64,000 nt of DNA from an uncultured Lachnospiraceae bacterium (GTDB taxonomy: Bacteria; Bacillota; Clostridia; Lachnospirales; Lachnospiraceae). A model generated the notes under the pieces. That model saw only the letters and a program-made list of their open reading frames with translations. It was not told the DNA's origin and ran no database searches. The stretch is from positions 2,165-66,164 of the forward strand of contig CANTEG010000015.1 in the NCBI GenBank assembly GCA_947652735.1. Direction: 5' to 3'. How positions within the stretch are numbered: the stretch's first letter is position 1; each line of letters opens with the position of its first letter. Positions 9,430-18,834 of the stretch are shown here, piece by piece. Both the position numbers and the translations under genes were made by a program.

Positions 9430-9870
9430 GTGAAGCTTTTGCATACCGCATTTGGACTTAAAATTAAACATCTTAATAATCTGATTACAAAAAAAGTTTA
9501 TGCATTATTTACGAATGATGAATACCCTTTTATCAGTCATTCCAGTTTTTTAGTAATTGATTATCTATATGAAAACAAAGATCATGAAGTTACACAAAAA
9601 GATATTGAAAAAGCTCTTGTAATCAATAGAGCCACTACTTCCAAAATGCTGCTTCTTTTGGAACAAAAAGGATTTATTTCGAGAATGAACAGTACAGAGG
9701 ACGCAAGGAAAAAAATTGTGGTCTTAACTGAACGGGGGCACGATTTCCGAACGCACAATCTCATGAAAGCAGAAGAATTAAACCATTTTTTTTCAGAAGT
9801 TTTATCAGAGGAAGATTTTATAGCCTTTAACCAGCTTTATGAGAAACTGCGTAATGCTTTAGAAGAATAA
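9430..9870 (+). CDS. MarR-family regulator
   Basis: TQKDIEKALVINRATTSKML...GFISR...DARKKIVVLT winged helix; GTG start. Confidence 0.9.
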   Translation: MKLLHTAFGLKIKHLNNLITKKVYALFTNDEYPFISHSSFLVIDYLYENKDHEVTQKDIEKALVINRATTSKMLLLLEQKGFISRMNSTEDARKKIVVLTERGHDFRTHNLMKAEELNHFFSEVLSEEDFIAFNQLYEKLRNALEE

Positions 9871-9910
9871 AGACGGAAACAATTTATGTTTCCTTTTTTA
9901 TCCCCTTATA

Positions 9911-9924
9911 GTTTGCTTGCAAAC
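9911..9924. promoter_or_regulatory. Putative MarR operator 2
   Basis: Palindrome GTTTGC-TT-GCAAAC upstream of the MATE gene, overlapping a TATAGT -10-like hexamer. Confidence 0.6.
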
Positions 9925-9950
9925 AAGCTTTATGACAGGAGGCATATTTT

Positions 9951-11342
9951 ATGAACAAAGTACAAAACAACAAGGAGGAAATAACATTGAATCACAATAC
10001 AAACGCCTTTGAAAGTCTAAGTGTGCCAAAAGCATTATCAAAATTTATTCTGCCTGCTGTAATCAGCCAGCTTGCAACACTAATCCTAAACTTAACAGAT
10101 GCCTTTTTTGTAGGCAGGACAGGGGATACGTTCCAAATTTCTGCAATGACTGTCACACTCCCTTTGGTTATGACAATGACTGTAATCGCTACAATTTTTG
10201 GTGCAGGAGGAAACGCAAATGTAGCTGCTTCTCTAGGAACAAAAAATCCTAAGAGGGCAAAAACATTTTCCGTATTTGCCATATATACAGCAATCACTGT
10301 CATTGCCGTTATTTCCTTAATCATCTTTCTGTTTGAAAAACAACTTTTGGGGATTTTAGGCGCAGACGAAAATTCTTTCGGATTTTGTCAGGGATATGTC
10401 CTTTGGGTTTTGCATGCAGCATGTGTCCCTATGGTCTTTTCACAAGTAATGGCACAATTATTTACGGCAGAGGGAGAAACAAAACTTGCAAGTATTGGAA
10501 TTGCCGGGGCAGGATTACTGAATGTGGTTCTTGACCCGATATTTATTTTTGTTTTCAAACAGGGAATCGCGGGGGCAGGTATGGCTACTTGTATCTCAAA
10601 TTATTGCTCTATGGCATTTTTCTTATTCCAATATTACAAGAGACGAAACGTGACTGTTATTTCCCTTAATCCACGGGGATATTCTGCTAATAATGGTATT
10701 TGCAAAAGTGTACTATCTATCGGCATTCCGGCAGGATTAAGTATTTTTCTGATGAACTGCGTAGATTTCCTGCGTAATTACGTATTAGGCATACATGGGA
10801 CACAGGCGGATCTTGCTGCATGGGGTGTTGTTCAAAAATTGGGAAACGCATTTCTGCAAATTGCTATTGGTATTGAACAAGGTGTCCGTCCGCTGATTTC
10901 ATACAATTATAACGCTGCTTTGGGAAAACGCACAAAATCCCTTATCAATGGTTCAATGGTTGTTATGGGGATATATACATTAGCGTGTTTTTGCTTTGTC
11001 ATGCTGTTTCCAAATGCAATGGTTCGTTTATTTTTACCGATTGCAGATGTAATGCCAGTGGCAGTAGGTTTTCTCCGTATCTACATTTTCAGTATTTTCG
11101 GGATTGGCTTTTTAGAGTTGTTTAATGCTATTTTTCAAGCAATGGGGCAATGGAAAACCGCTACGGTTGGTATTGTGATTGGCAAGATTGTGTTAATGGT
11201 TCCGGCATTGCTTATTTTCTCCAAAATATGGAATGTGACTGGAATAATCGCCGCACAGCCATTTGCTGAAACATTAACCGTTGTTATACTGGCGATTGCT
11301 TATATACGATTTATACGCAAAAAAAAGGATTTATTTAACTGA
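9951..11342 (+). CDS. MATE-family efflux transporter
   Basis: About 12 TM segments; LNVVLDPIFIF...GIAGAGMAT, PLISYNYNA. Alternative TTG start at 9987. Confidence 0.92.
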   Translation: MNKVQNNKEEITLNHNTNAFESLSVPKALSKFILPAVISQLATLILNLTDAFFVGRTGDTFQISAMTVTLPLVMTMTVIATIFGAGGNANVAASLGTKNPKRAKTFSVFAIYTAITVIAVISLIIFLFEKQLLGILGADENSFGFCQGYVLWVLHAACVPMVFSQVMAQLFTAEGETKLASIGIAGAGLLNVVLDPIFIFVFKQGIAGAGMATCISNYCSMAFFLFQYYKRRNVTVISLNPRGYSANNGICKSVLSIGIPAGLSIFLMNCVDFLRNYVLGIHGTQADLAAWGVVQKLGNAFLQIAIGIEQGVRPLISYNYNAALGKRTKSLINGSMVVMGIYTLACFCFVMLFPNAMVRLFLPIADVMPVAVGFLRIYIFSIFGIGFLELFNAIFQAMGQWKTATVGIVIGKIVLMVPALLIFSKIWNVTGIIAAQPFAETLTVVILAIAYIRFIRKKKDLFN

Positions 11343-11439
11343 AACATATATTTACCGATTTCTTTTATGGTTTGGTTATCATTTTTCAGACGATACAGCC
11401 ATAGGAACATTACAGTCAGGTGGTGGTAGCATGGAAAGC

Positions 11440-12519
11440 AATAGCTGTCATTCAAGCGTTTCAAGGCTCGCATTCGGATATTTTAACTCTGCATTCTTTG
11501 TAAGCCTTGCAATCAGGCGGTTCTGCCTTCCTGTAATAATCCGCACCCCATATAATGCCGCACCCCTGTTTTTCTGTATCCCCGGTCTTTGCTTTATTCC
11601 TCTTGCCTTTCGATATTTCTTTTATATAAGGAATCAGTGTATTGTATGTGACCGCATGAAAATCCTTTAAAGCCTTTCTGCAGGCTTCTTCCAGAAGTTC
11701 TTCTCCATATACTCCTGCTATATCAAGGACTGATCTGGCATCCATAAGAGCCTGTTCTTTTATTTTTGCATTCTCATAAATCCTGCATACCACGGTTTTG
11801 GTGTTTGCTCCTATTTCTTCCGCTTTTGCGGTAGTTGACTCTATGGTTTCCGGAATGTATCGAGGATAGGGAAGATGTGACAGCTTGGTCCTCTTACCAT
11901 TTTTTATACCGAATGGAAGACGTTGATGTTCTGCAATAAGTTTATGTGACGAACAAATATAAACCGCTCGGTTGTTATACCTTACATCAACATACCGGTC
12001 CAAATAATCACTGGGGACAGAATACTGCCCTTTATCAAACCATATGTGGGAATTGGGACCGACCAGTCTACTTCAAGTGCAACACCGGTTTTATGCTCCA
12101 CATGGCTGGTGTAATTCCTGCTGACGGTATATCTTTTGTATCCTCTCGCAAATGTAGGATAAGAACAGGCTTTTTCACCTTCCTTCTTACACTTTTCACA
12201 GCATTCCTCCCAGAGAAGCATCCCAGTGACTCCAACTTTACTGAGTCCCCTGTGGCAGTTGTCGGAAATCTGTCTGATCCTTGCGACAGAATTCCGGGAA
12301 ACATCAAGAACACCAGAAATCTCCCAGTCACTTAGTTTTTTTGAAGCAGTTCTATGATCTGCCTCACTCTTGTTTTCTTGAACATAAAGAAAACCTCCTT
12401 AAAGTGTATTTGAAAGACAGGATCTTTCATGAAAGACAGTTTAAAAGAGGATGGCATGCCATATCAATATACTATTGCCGCCACAATATATAGTGGTGGC
12501 TCTCAAGTGTGAGAATACA
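11440..12519 (-). mobile_element. Degenerate IS21-family element (istA/istB remnants)
   Basis: istA start at 12385 (MFKKTRVRQIIELLQK, frameshift, HTH ISGVLDVSRNSV), then VGVTGMLLWEE, HKTGVALEVDW joined directly to the C-terminal domain, then an istB-like fragment QNRLIARLTKNAELKYPNASLE. Probable left end TGTATT at 12519; right end not resolved. Confidence 0.75.
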
Positions 12520-12530
12520 GCAGATTTTAG

Positions 12531-12650
12531 TGGTTCCCAACGACAATTTCCCGCATTAAAGCGAATAAAAGTATAACGCTGGTCACTTTAGAAAAGCTTT
12601 GCAAAACTCTAGACTGTACACCCAACGATATTGTAAAATTTACGGATTGG
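12531..12650 (+). pseudogene. 5'-truncated Cro/C1-type HTH gene fragment
   Basis: PTTISRIKANKSITLVTLEKLCKTLDCTPNDIVKF with no start codon; abuts the IS21 end. Confidence 0.6.
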
Positions 12651-12738
12651 TTTCCCTTTATACTAATAGTTTATATGCTGTCGAAGCCAAGGGCTTCTTC
12701 ATTAAGAGATTTCCCCTAACATAAGAAGCCCTCAAAAT

Positions 12739-13749
12739 CTACGGCAGTTCATTCAAGCTTGCAAAGCGATAACCCTCTTTTTTCAAATTTTTTATAACAG
12801 TTCCAAGTGCATCCTTATTTGATTCCGAAACATTATGCATTAAAACAATTGCCCCACTGTGATGATATTTTTCAAAATGCTTGATAACATAGTCAGCTCC
12901 CGGTTGCTTATTTACATCATAATCCAAATATGCCATGCTCCAAAATATAGTTTTGTAACCTAAGTCACGGGTAATTGAAAGAGTTCTGGCACTGTACTCT
13001 CCCATAGGCGGGCGCAGGTACGGATCCATATCGTATCCGGTCACCTCTTTCATATAATTGGCAGTTCCCTCGACCTCTTCAATAATTTCCTCATATGACT
13101 TTGTAGGCATGGACGGATGGGTTATGGTATGGTTTCCAACCTGATGACCATCCTCTTTCATTCTCTTTGCCAGTGCAACATTGTCGCGTATGTATGTCTT
13201 TGTAACAAAAAAACATGCAGGAACATCTTCTTCACGAAGCACATTAAGTATCTGCTCCGTATATCCGTTTTCATATCCGCAATCAAACGTTAAATAAATT
13301 ATTTTCTCATCCAACGATAATGAAGCATCGCCTGGTGTTGCATTTACCCCCTCATTTAAAACTCTGTAATCCACATAGTAGGCGCTATACTCTGTGAGAT
13401 CTAGAGCGTCATCACAGCCACTTGGCTCATGGGTATCATTTCTTTTAAACCACCATGCATACTTTTCGTTGGAACACTTATAATATTCTTCCTTATCTTT
13501 AATTTTACTCACAATCGGAATACATTTATATCGGGCATCCTCCTTGATTTCACCGATTTTGGCATCCCCATCCGTATTTTCACTTTCCCCACTGTTTTCA
13601 TAAATGCCATCCTCTGTACCACCACCAGTCTCATTTTTATAAGTTATGAATTTCAAATCATGAAGAAGACATGACAGATACCCTCCCTTAATCAAAAACA
13701 CAATCAAAACAATAGCAGCTACACATAAAACAATTATTTTCTTTTTCAA
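12739..13749 (-). CDS. pdaA: Polysaccharide deacetylase, PdaA-like (muramic delta-lactam formation)
   Basis: IYLTFDCGYENGYT, GNHTITHPSM, RPPMGEYS, LMHNVS; N-terminal membrane anchor. Confidence 0.8.
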   Translation of the reverse strand: MKKKIIVLCVAAIVLIVFLIKGGYLSCLLHDLKFITYKNETGGGTEDGIYENSGESENTDGDAKIGEIKEDARYKCIPIVSKIKDKEEYYKCSNEKYAWWFKRNDTHEPSGCDDALDLTEYSAYYVDYRVLNEGVNATPGDASLSLDEKIIYLTFDCGYENGYTEQILNVLREEDVPACFFVTKTYIRDNVALAKRMKEDGHQVGNHTITHPSMPTKSYEEIIEEVEGTANYMKEVTGYDMDPYLRPPMGEYSARTLSITRDLGYKTIFWSMAYLDYDVNKQPGADYVIKHFEKYHHSGAIVLMHNVSESNKDALGTVIKNLKKEGYRFASLNELP

Positions 13750-14528
13750 GAGAAAAATTCCTTTAGAAAGCTGTCAAGGACCTTATCACTTTCAATCTGC
13801 GGAGAGGCTCGTTCCTCCGCAGAGCTTTCCTGTTTCCCAGCGGCTTCCTCAAAAAAAGCATCTGATTCCTGCTCCCTCTGCCGCTGTTTTACAACCTGTT
13901 TTATCTGATTTACCATTTCAGGGGCTGTCTGCCCTGTATTTTCAGCATATGCTCTTGCCTCAGTAACCGCAGCCTCCCCCTTTGCTGTCGGTCTTAGCGT
14001 TGCACGCTGCACGGCATACTCTCTGGCAGGTGTCAGATTGTCAATATAATCCCTGATATTCGCTTTCAATATTTCCACTTTATTCTTAATTACAAATATA
14101 TTCTCAAGTGCGAGCAAAAATGCACATACCATAATTCCATTCGCCAAAAAATCTACCATTGCAGGACTTCCCCGCCATGTAACATCATAGTATAGGAATG
14201 CACCTGCCATCAGCATACAGTCAAGCAATGCCAGGGACACCCCCCATTGCTGCCAAAATGCAAACGTCCGCCCCATAAATCTCATATTCTTTATGTTCTT
14301 ATCAACATAGGCATCACTGTTTTTTCCACTTATCCCAAGACTCTGTCTGTTCTTACATTTCCTTGCCAGTATCTGAAGCTTTTTATTCTTTGTCAATGCC
14401 ATATTTTCAGAAGCCTTTATCAAAGATTTAAGGTATGTATTTGCCATCATTTTAAGTAGTAACCCCAGCACTCCTATCCCCCACAGGACGTAAACATATG
14501 TATCCACTTTCATGATTCTTTCAAACAT
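13746..14528 (-). CDS. Hypothetical membrane protein
   Basis: Long ORF with three hydrophobic segments and a charged tail; overlaps pdaA by 4 nt; start moved to MFERIM. Confidence 0.7.
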   Translation of the reverse strand: MFERIMKVDTYVYVLWGIGVLGLLLKMMANTYLKSLIKASENMALTKNKKLQILARKCKNRQSLGISGKNSDAYVDKNIKNMRFMGRTFAFWQQWGVSLALLDCMLMAGAFLYYDVTWRGSPAMVDFLANGIMVCAFLLALENIFVIKNKVEILKANIRDYIDNLTPAREYAVQRATLRPTAKGEAAVTEARAYAENTGQTAPEMVNQIKQVVKQRQREQESDAFFEEAAGKQESSAEERASPQIESDKVLDSFLKEFFS

Positions 14529-14760
14529 ACTTTTCCCTCTTTCTTTCCTTTTTAAAAATATCATCGCATCAGTCACATACAAGGTGTATTCTTACACTCA
14601 CACAAACAGCATATACTGCAAATATACGGGTAAACCCACAGTGTTTACACAGCTCTCTTTGCCACTGACCTTTTGATGTGGTGATTATAAGAAAGGCGAA
14701 GTTAAGAAATCAAGCAGTTTCCAACAACAAATAAATACATATAGTGACAGAAATCTTTCT

Positions 14761-14788
14761 TTAATACCTTAATGTGTTGTGGTATAAT
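14761..14788 (+). promoter_or_regulatory. sigA promoter with extended -10
   Basis: TTAATA-N16-TATAAT preceded by TG. Confidence 0.55.
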
Positions 14789-14810
14789 ATGTCCAAAGGA
14801 GGGACCCACG

Positions 14811-14882
14811 ATGCGGGAGAATGTAGCAAGGTCTGAAAGACCGTGCCCATCGAAAATGGAAAGGTCCTTAGGTCTAACATAA
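14811..14882 (+). other. 23-codon uORF or structured leader RNA upstream of the TSCPD gene
   Basis: AAGGAGG-8nt-ATG giving MRENVARSERPCPSKMERSLGLT. The same bases also fold into a multi-stem structure (see findings). Confidence 0.4.
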
Positions 14883-14933
14883 TTAACGATGACATATTAT
14901 ACACGATTTATTCTAAGAAAAGAGGGATATACT

Positions 14934-15170
14934 ATGAGATATAAAACAACAGGAACCTGCTCTGCTGCCATAGACTTTAATATAGTTGATGGCAAATTAA
15001 CCGATGTAAAATTTCTTGGGGGCTGTAACGGAAATACTCAGGGTATCAGTAAATTGGTTGAGGGGATGAAAGTGGAAGACGTTATAGCAAGATTAGAGGG
15101 CATTCAATGCGGTACGAAAGGCACATCCTGTCCTGACCAGCTTGCTAAGGCACTCAGACAGACATTATAG
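14934..15170 (+). CDS. Small TSCPD-domain protein (TIGR03905-like)
   Basis: TTGTCS, GGCNGN, GIQCGTKGTSCPDQLA. Confidence 0.85.
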   Translation: MRYKTTGTCSAAIDFNIVDGKLTDVKFLGGCNGNTQGISKLVEGMKVEDVIARLEGIQCGTKGTSCPDQLAKALRQTL

Positions 15171-15181
15171 CGGAGGGATTT

Positions 15182-16246
15182 ATGAAAAGAATAATACTTA
15201 CGGGCGGCGGCACCGCCGGGCATGTTACACCGAATATGGCGCTTGTTCCTTTTCTCAAGGATAAAGGATATGACATACATTATATAGGCTCCTATGAGGG
15301 TATTGAAAAAAAGCTGATTGAAGACATCGGCATTCCATACCACGGCATTTCCACAGGAAAGCTCAGGCGGTATTTTGACCTGAAAAATTTGTCTGACCCT
15401 TTTCGTGTCATAAAGGGTTTTTCACAGGCAAAGTCTCTTATGAAAGAGCTAAAGCCTGATGTAGTTTTCTCAAAGGGAGGATTTGTTTCCGTTCCTGTAG
15501 TGCTTGCTGCCAGCTCCAAAAAGGTTCCCTGTATCATACATGAGTCTGACATGACACCCGGACTTGCAAACAAAATCGCTATCCCTAAGGCAGATAAGAT
15601 TTGCTGCAACTTTCCTGAAACAGTTCAGAATCTGCCTACAGGCAAAGCGATTGTGACAGGAACACCGATACGAAAGGAACTGTTTGAGGGAGACGCTGCT
15701 GCCGCCACGACCTTTTGCGGCTTCACGGAGGTACGCCCGACACTTCTTATCATAGGCGGAAGTTCAGGCAGCGTAAAGGTAAATGAAGCAATTTGGTCAT
15801 GTCTTGACCGTATACTTGAAACCTTTAATGTTATCCACCTGTGCGGAAAGGGCAACCTTAACACCTCTTATTCAGGCAGGAAAAATTATGTGCAATTTGA
15901 ATACATTAAGCAGGAGCTTGCAAACCTGCTTGCCTTAGCTGATGTTGTTGTTTCCCGTGCAGGAGCAAATGCCATATGTGAACTTTTGTCACTGAAAAAG
16001 CCAAGTGTTCTTATTCCACTTTCTCTTGCAGCAAGCAGAGGCGACCAGATATTAAATGCACAGTCTTTTGACAAGAGCGGCTACGCTAAGCTTCTCATGG
16101 AGGAAGATGTAAATGATACTTCATTACTTGAATCCATCACCTATGTTTACAAAAACAGAGATACTTATATTCGTGCAATGGAATGCAGTACAAGACACGA
16201 TTCCATTACACTCATTATGAATATGATTGAAGAGCTTGCAGGATAA
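15182..16246 (+). CDS. murG: Undecaprenyldiphospho-muramoylpentapeptide beta-N-acetylglucosaminyltransferase
   Basis: TGGGTAGHVTP, KGGFVSVP, HESDMTPGLAN, GGSSGS, SRAGA. Confidence 0.93.
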   Translation: MKRIILTGGGTAGHVTPNMALVPFLKDKGYDIHYIGSYEGIEKKLIEDIGIPYHGISTGKLRRYFDLKNLSDPFRVIKGFSQAKSLMKELKPDVVFSKGGFVSVPVVLAASSKKVPCIIHESDMTPGLANKIAIPKADKICCNFPETVQNLPTGKAIVTGTPIRKELFEGDAAAATTFCGFTEVRPTLLIIGGSSGSVKVNEAIWSCLDRILETFNVIHLCGKGNLNTSYSGRKNYVQFEYIKQELANLLALADVVVSRAGANAICELLSLKKPSVLIPLSLAASRGDQILNAQSFDKSGYAKLLMEEDVNDTSLLESITYVYKNRDTYIRAMECSTRHDSITLIMNMIEELAG

Positions 16247-16256
16247 GCTTACAATA

Positions 16257-16364
16257 GAACAAAGTGCTTTCAGCACTCTTTATGCCACCACTACTTTTAT
16301 GGCATTTTATAGCAGGATTTTTAATCCGGTCTTATAGGAAAGTACATAGAACTTTTCTATAAAG
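16257..16364 (+). repeat. Dispersed multi-hairpin intergenic repeat, copy A
   Basis: GAACAAAGTGC...AGCAGGATTTTTAATCC...TATAGGAAA...TTCTATAA; homologous to copies at 17021, 26401 and 41836. Confidence 0.85.
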
Positions 16365-16394
16365 TAAAAAGCACCCTTTCAGGTGCTTTTTACT
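16364..16394. terminator. Bidirectional terminator between murG and the HD gene
   Basis: GTAAAAAGCACC-CTTTCA-GGTGCTTTTTAC. Confidence 0.75.
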
Positions 16395-16398
16395 TTCC

Positions 16399-16989
16399 TT
16401 AAAATAACTCTTTTTCAAGCTGATATATATAGTTTTCTATCATCTGCATACGCTTCGTATACTCAGCCCTTGCAGCGTCTGTCTTGCATCTTCTTATCTT
16501 CGGCTTGTTAATCCTATAGTAATTCTTTATTCTATAGTATGCTTTTTTATAAGTAGGATCTTCCTCATTTGCAGTTGCCATTGCATCCCACAATATTCCT
16601 ACTGCTCCCACCTCATCAAGAAGGTCAGCATCCATAACTATTTTACATTCCAACGAAAGCTCTTTTTCAGTATCCTTATCCGTATGCATCATAATAATTT
16701 CACCGACCCTCTTTATGATAACAGGGTCAACACCGATGCTGTCAAGATATTCAACTGCAAGCTCAGCACCAACCTCAGCATGAGGACGAACTTCATCCCA
16801 GCCTATGTCATGCAATAAGGCAGCAAGTGCTATGACATCCAAATCGCCGCCTAACTTAGATTGGAGCTTTATAGCCCATCTATACACTCTCATCGTATGT
16901 TCATATCGGCTCCTGAACGGATAATTTGGTGGTCTGCCGTTTTCGGCAGTCATTTTTTTAACGTATTCTATTACCTCTGCGTAGTTCAT
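16399..16989 (-). CDS. HD-domain phosphohydrolase
   Basis: RYEHTMRV, ALLHDIG, DADLLD. Confidence 0.88.
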   Translation of the reverse strand: MNYAEVIEYVKKMTAENGRPPNYPFRSRYEHTMRVYRWAIKLQSKLGGDLDVIALAALLHDIGWDEVRPHAEVGAELAVEYLDSIGVDPVIIKRVGEIIMMHTDKDTEKELSLECKIVMDADLLDEVGAVGILWDAMATANEEDPTYKKAYYRIKNYYRINKPKIRRCKTDAARAEYTKRMQMIENYIYQLEKELF

Positions 16990-17020
16990 ATTACAGCCCC
17001 TTTAGTCAACAAATTCTTCA

Positions 17021-17136
17021 GAACAAAGTGCCTTTGGCACGCTCTATGCCGTCACTACCTCTATGGCACTTTGGGCGAATCTTAGCAGGATTTTTAATCC
17101 TGCCTTATAGGAAATTCAGAGAAATTTCCTATAAAG
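17021..17136 (+). repeat. Dispersed multi-hairpin intergenic repeat, copy B (long form)
   Basis: Same modules as copy A plus a GGGCGAATCTT segment. Confidence 0.85.
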
Positions 17137-17229
17137 CAAGGTAAGCATTATATTAAATCATAACATTTTTTCAAAAAAATATCTATACATTTTTCAAAAT
17201 ATATAATAACACTTTTCTATTAAATAAAA

Positions 17230-17491
17230 CCGTGCGGTTGGCTTTGTGAAGCTCTCATAGACGTTACCTTAACAGTTAACTCAGCCCAGGCACCCTCGCG
17301 GCGCACAAGAGTTCCTACTTAGTGCTGCTTCGTTCCCGACCTGACACGGTTCATAGGTTCCTGTCGCGCAAGACCCAAACATCAACGCCACTTACTAAGG
17401 GCAGCTCTACAAGAAACAACCCGAGACCAACCATCACTCCTGCTGTAGCGGATTGCAGGTACAGGGCACCGCTAACTCCCCAGCTGCACGG
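17230..17491 (-). ncRNA. ffs: Large (Bacillus/Clostridium-type) SRP RNA
   Basis: Minus strand has Alu-domain GGGGAGTTAGCGGTGCCCTGTACCTGCAATCCGC and S-domain GAACCGTGTCAGGTCGGGAACGAAGCAGC; ends pair (CCGTGC/GCACGG); lies downstream of tadA. Confidence 0.95.
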
Positions 17492-17585
17492 AAATTTTAT
17501 AACAATATAATATGCCTATAGTGACACCTTTAAAGTATACCCAAAATATTATGTTAAGTCAAGTTTTTTCACACATGCCACACAA

Positions 17586-18074
17586 TTATAATTTCTTCTT
17601 ATTATTTCTAAGCTCCGCAAAAAACATTTTCATCATATCGGCACATTCAGCCTCCAAAACGCCTTTCATTGTCTCAACCTGATGGTTAAATTGTTTGATA
17701 TCCAACAAATTAATAATGGAGCCTGCACATCCCGCCTTAGGGTTCATACATCCGATTACTACCCTTGGAATTCGTGCCTGCACAATGGCTCCTGCGCACA
17801 TTTGGCACGGTTCAAGAGTCACATACATGGTACAGTCCTCCAACCGCCAGTCACCTAAAATCTTTGACGCCTTTTTTATCGCTAAAATTTCGGCATGTGC
17901 CAATGTGGTTTTATCTAAATTTCTTCTGTTATAACCTCTTGCAATAATCTTTCCCTCATAAACGATTATACACCCAATGGGAACATCTCCATTTGCCCAT
18001 GCCTTTTTTGCCAAACGGACAGCCTGCCTCATATATTTTTCGTGTTCCTTTATGTTATCAACAGAAGCTTCCAT
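17586..18074 (-). CDS. tadA: tRNA adenosine(34) deaminase
   Basis: AHAEI, TLEPCQMCAGA, NPKAG, NHQV. Confidence 0.93.
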   Translation of the reverse strand: MEASVDNIKEHEKYMRQAVRLAKKAWANGDVPIGCIIVYEGKIIARGYNRRNLDKTTLAHAEILAIKKASKILGDWRLEDCTMYVTLEPCQMCAGAIVQARIPRVVIGCMNPKAGCAGSIINLLDIKQFNHQVETMKGVLEAECADMMKMFFAELRNNKKKL

Positions 18075-18276
18075 TATTTTTCTCCCTCTTTTGAATATAC
18101 TTGATACAGCCTTTCGAAGTATACTTTATCCTTGCAATGCTAAGAATAAATCATTATTATATACTTTAACAGGAATGTAATGTTCCCCATTAAATTTAAC
18201 AATCAAGCATCTTGAAGTATACACTATTAATATAATATTTTAAAGAAGTTTCCTATAAAACTCAAAGGAGGCTGCT

Positions 18277-18834
18277 ATGGGTCCATCTGTTAAATTTGCA
18301 GATAATCTAATTTTAAAGGTTGAAAATGAAAGCTGTGCAAAGAATGTTTTAGAATTATACAAACGTAACAAATTAATCTTTGAACAGTTTGAGCCAACAC
18401 GCCCAAATGGTTTTTATACATTAGAATACCATAAACACATGTTACACAGAGAATATATGGCATATCTTTCAGGTAAGTTTATCAGATATTACATTTACTC
18501 TGACAAAAATTCCTCCCGGATATTAGGTTCCATCAATTATAACATTATAAATACTGATAAAAATAAATATGCAGAATTGGGATACAAGGTAGATATTATG
18601 CACCAACGACAGGGTATTGCTTATAATGCCTGCCTGTCCACATTTGACATACTCTCCAATGAATATGGCATTGACCGCATAGATGCCCGTATACATCCTG
18701 ACAATATTGCATCTATCAGGCTGGCAGAGAAAATCGGTTTTAAACCGATTTGTCTTGAGCCTAAGAGTGCAAATATACTTGGTCACTATGTTGACTTAAT
18801 CCGTTATTCAGTTAATATTTCCGAAATCCAGTAG
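18277..18834 (+). CDS. GNAT N-acetyltransferase (RimJ/RimL-like)
   Basis: AELGYKV...HQRQGIA...IHPDNIASIRLAEKIGF. Confidence 0.85.
   Translation: MGPSVKFADNLILKVENESCAKNVLELYKRNKLIFEQFEPTRPNGFYTLEYHKHMLHREYMAYLSGKFIRYYIYSDKNSSRILGSINYNIINTDKNKYAELGYKVDIMHQRQGIAYNACLSTFDILSNEYGIDRIDARIHPDNIASIRLAEKIGFKPICLEPKSANILGHYVDLIRYSVNISEIQ

Noticed and set aside
12478-12500. Palindrome CCACAATATATAGTGG resembling an NrdR box
   Set aside because: Single site, no nucleotide-reduction gene directly downstream, and it lies within the IS21 sub-terminal repeats.
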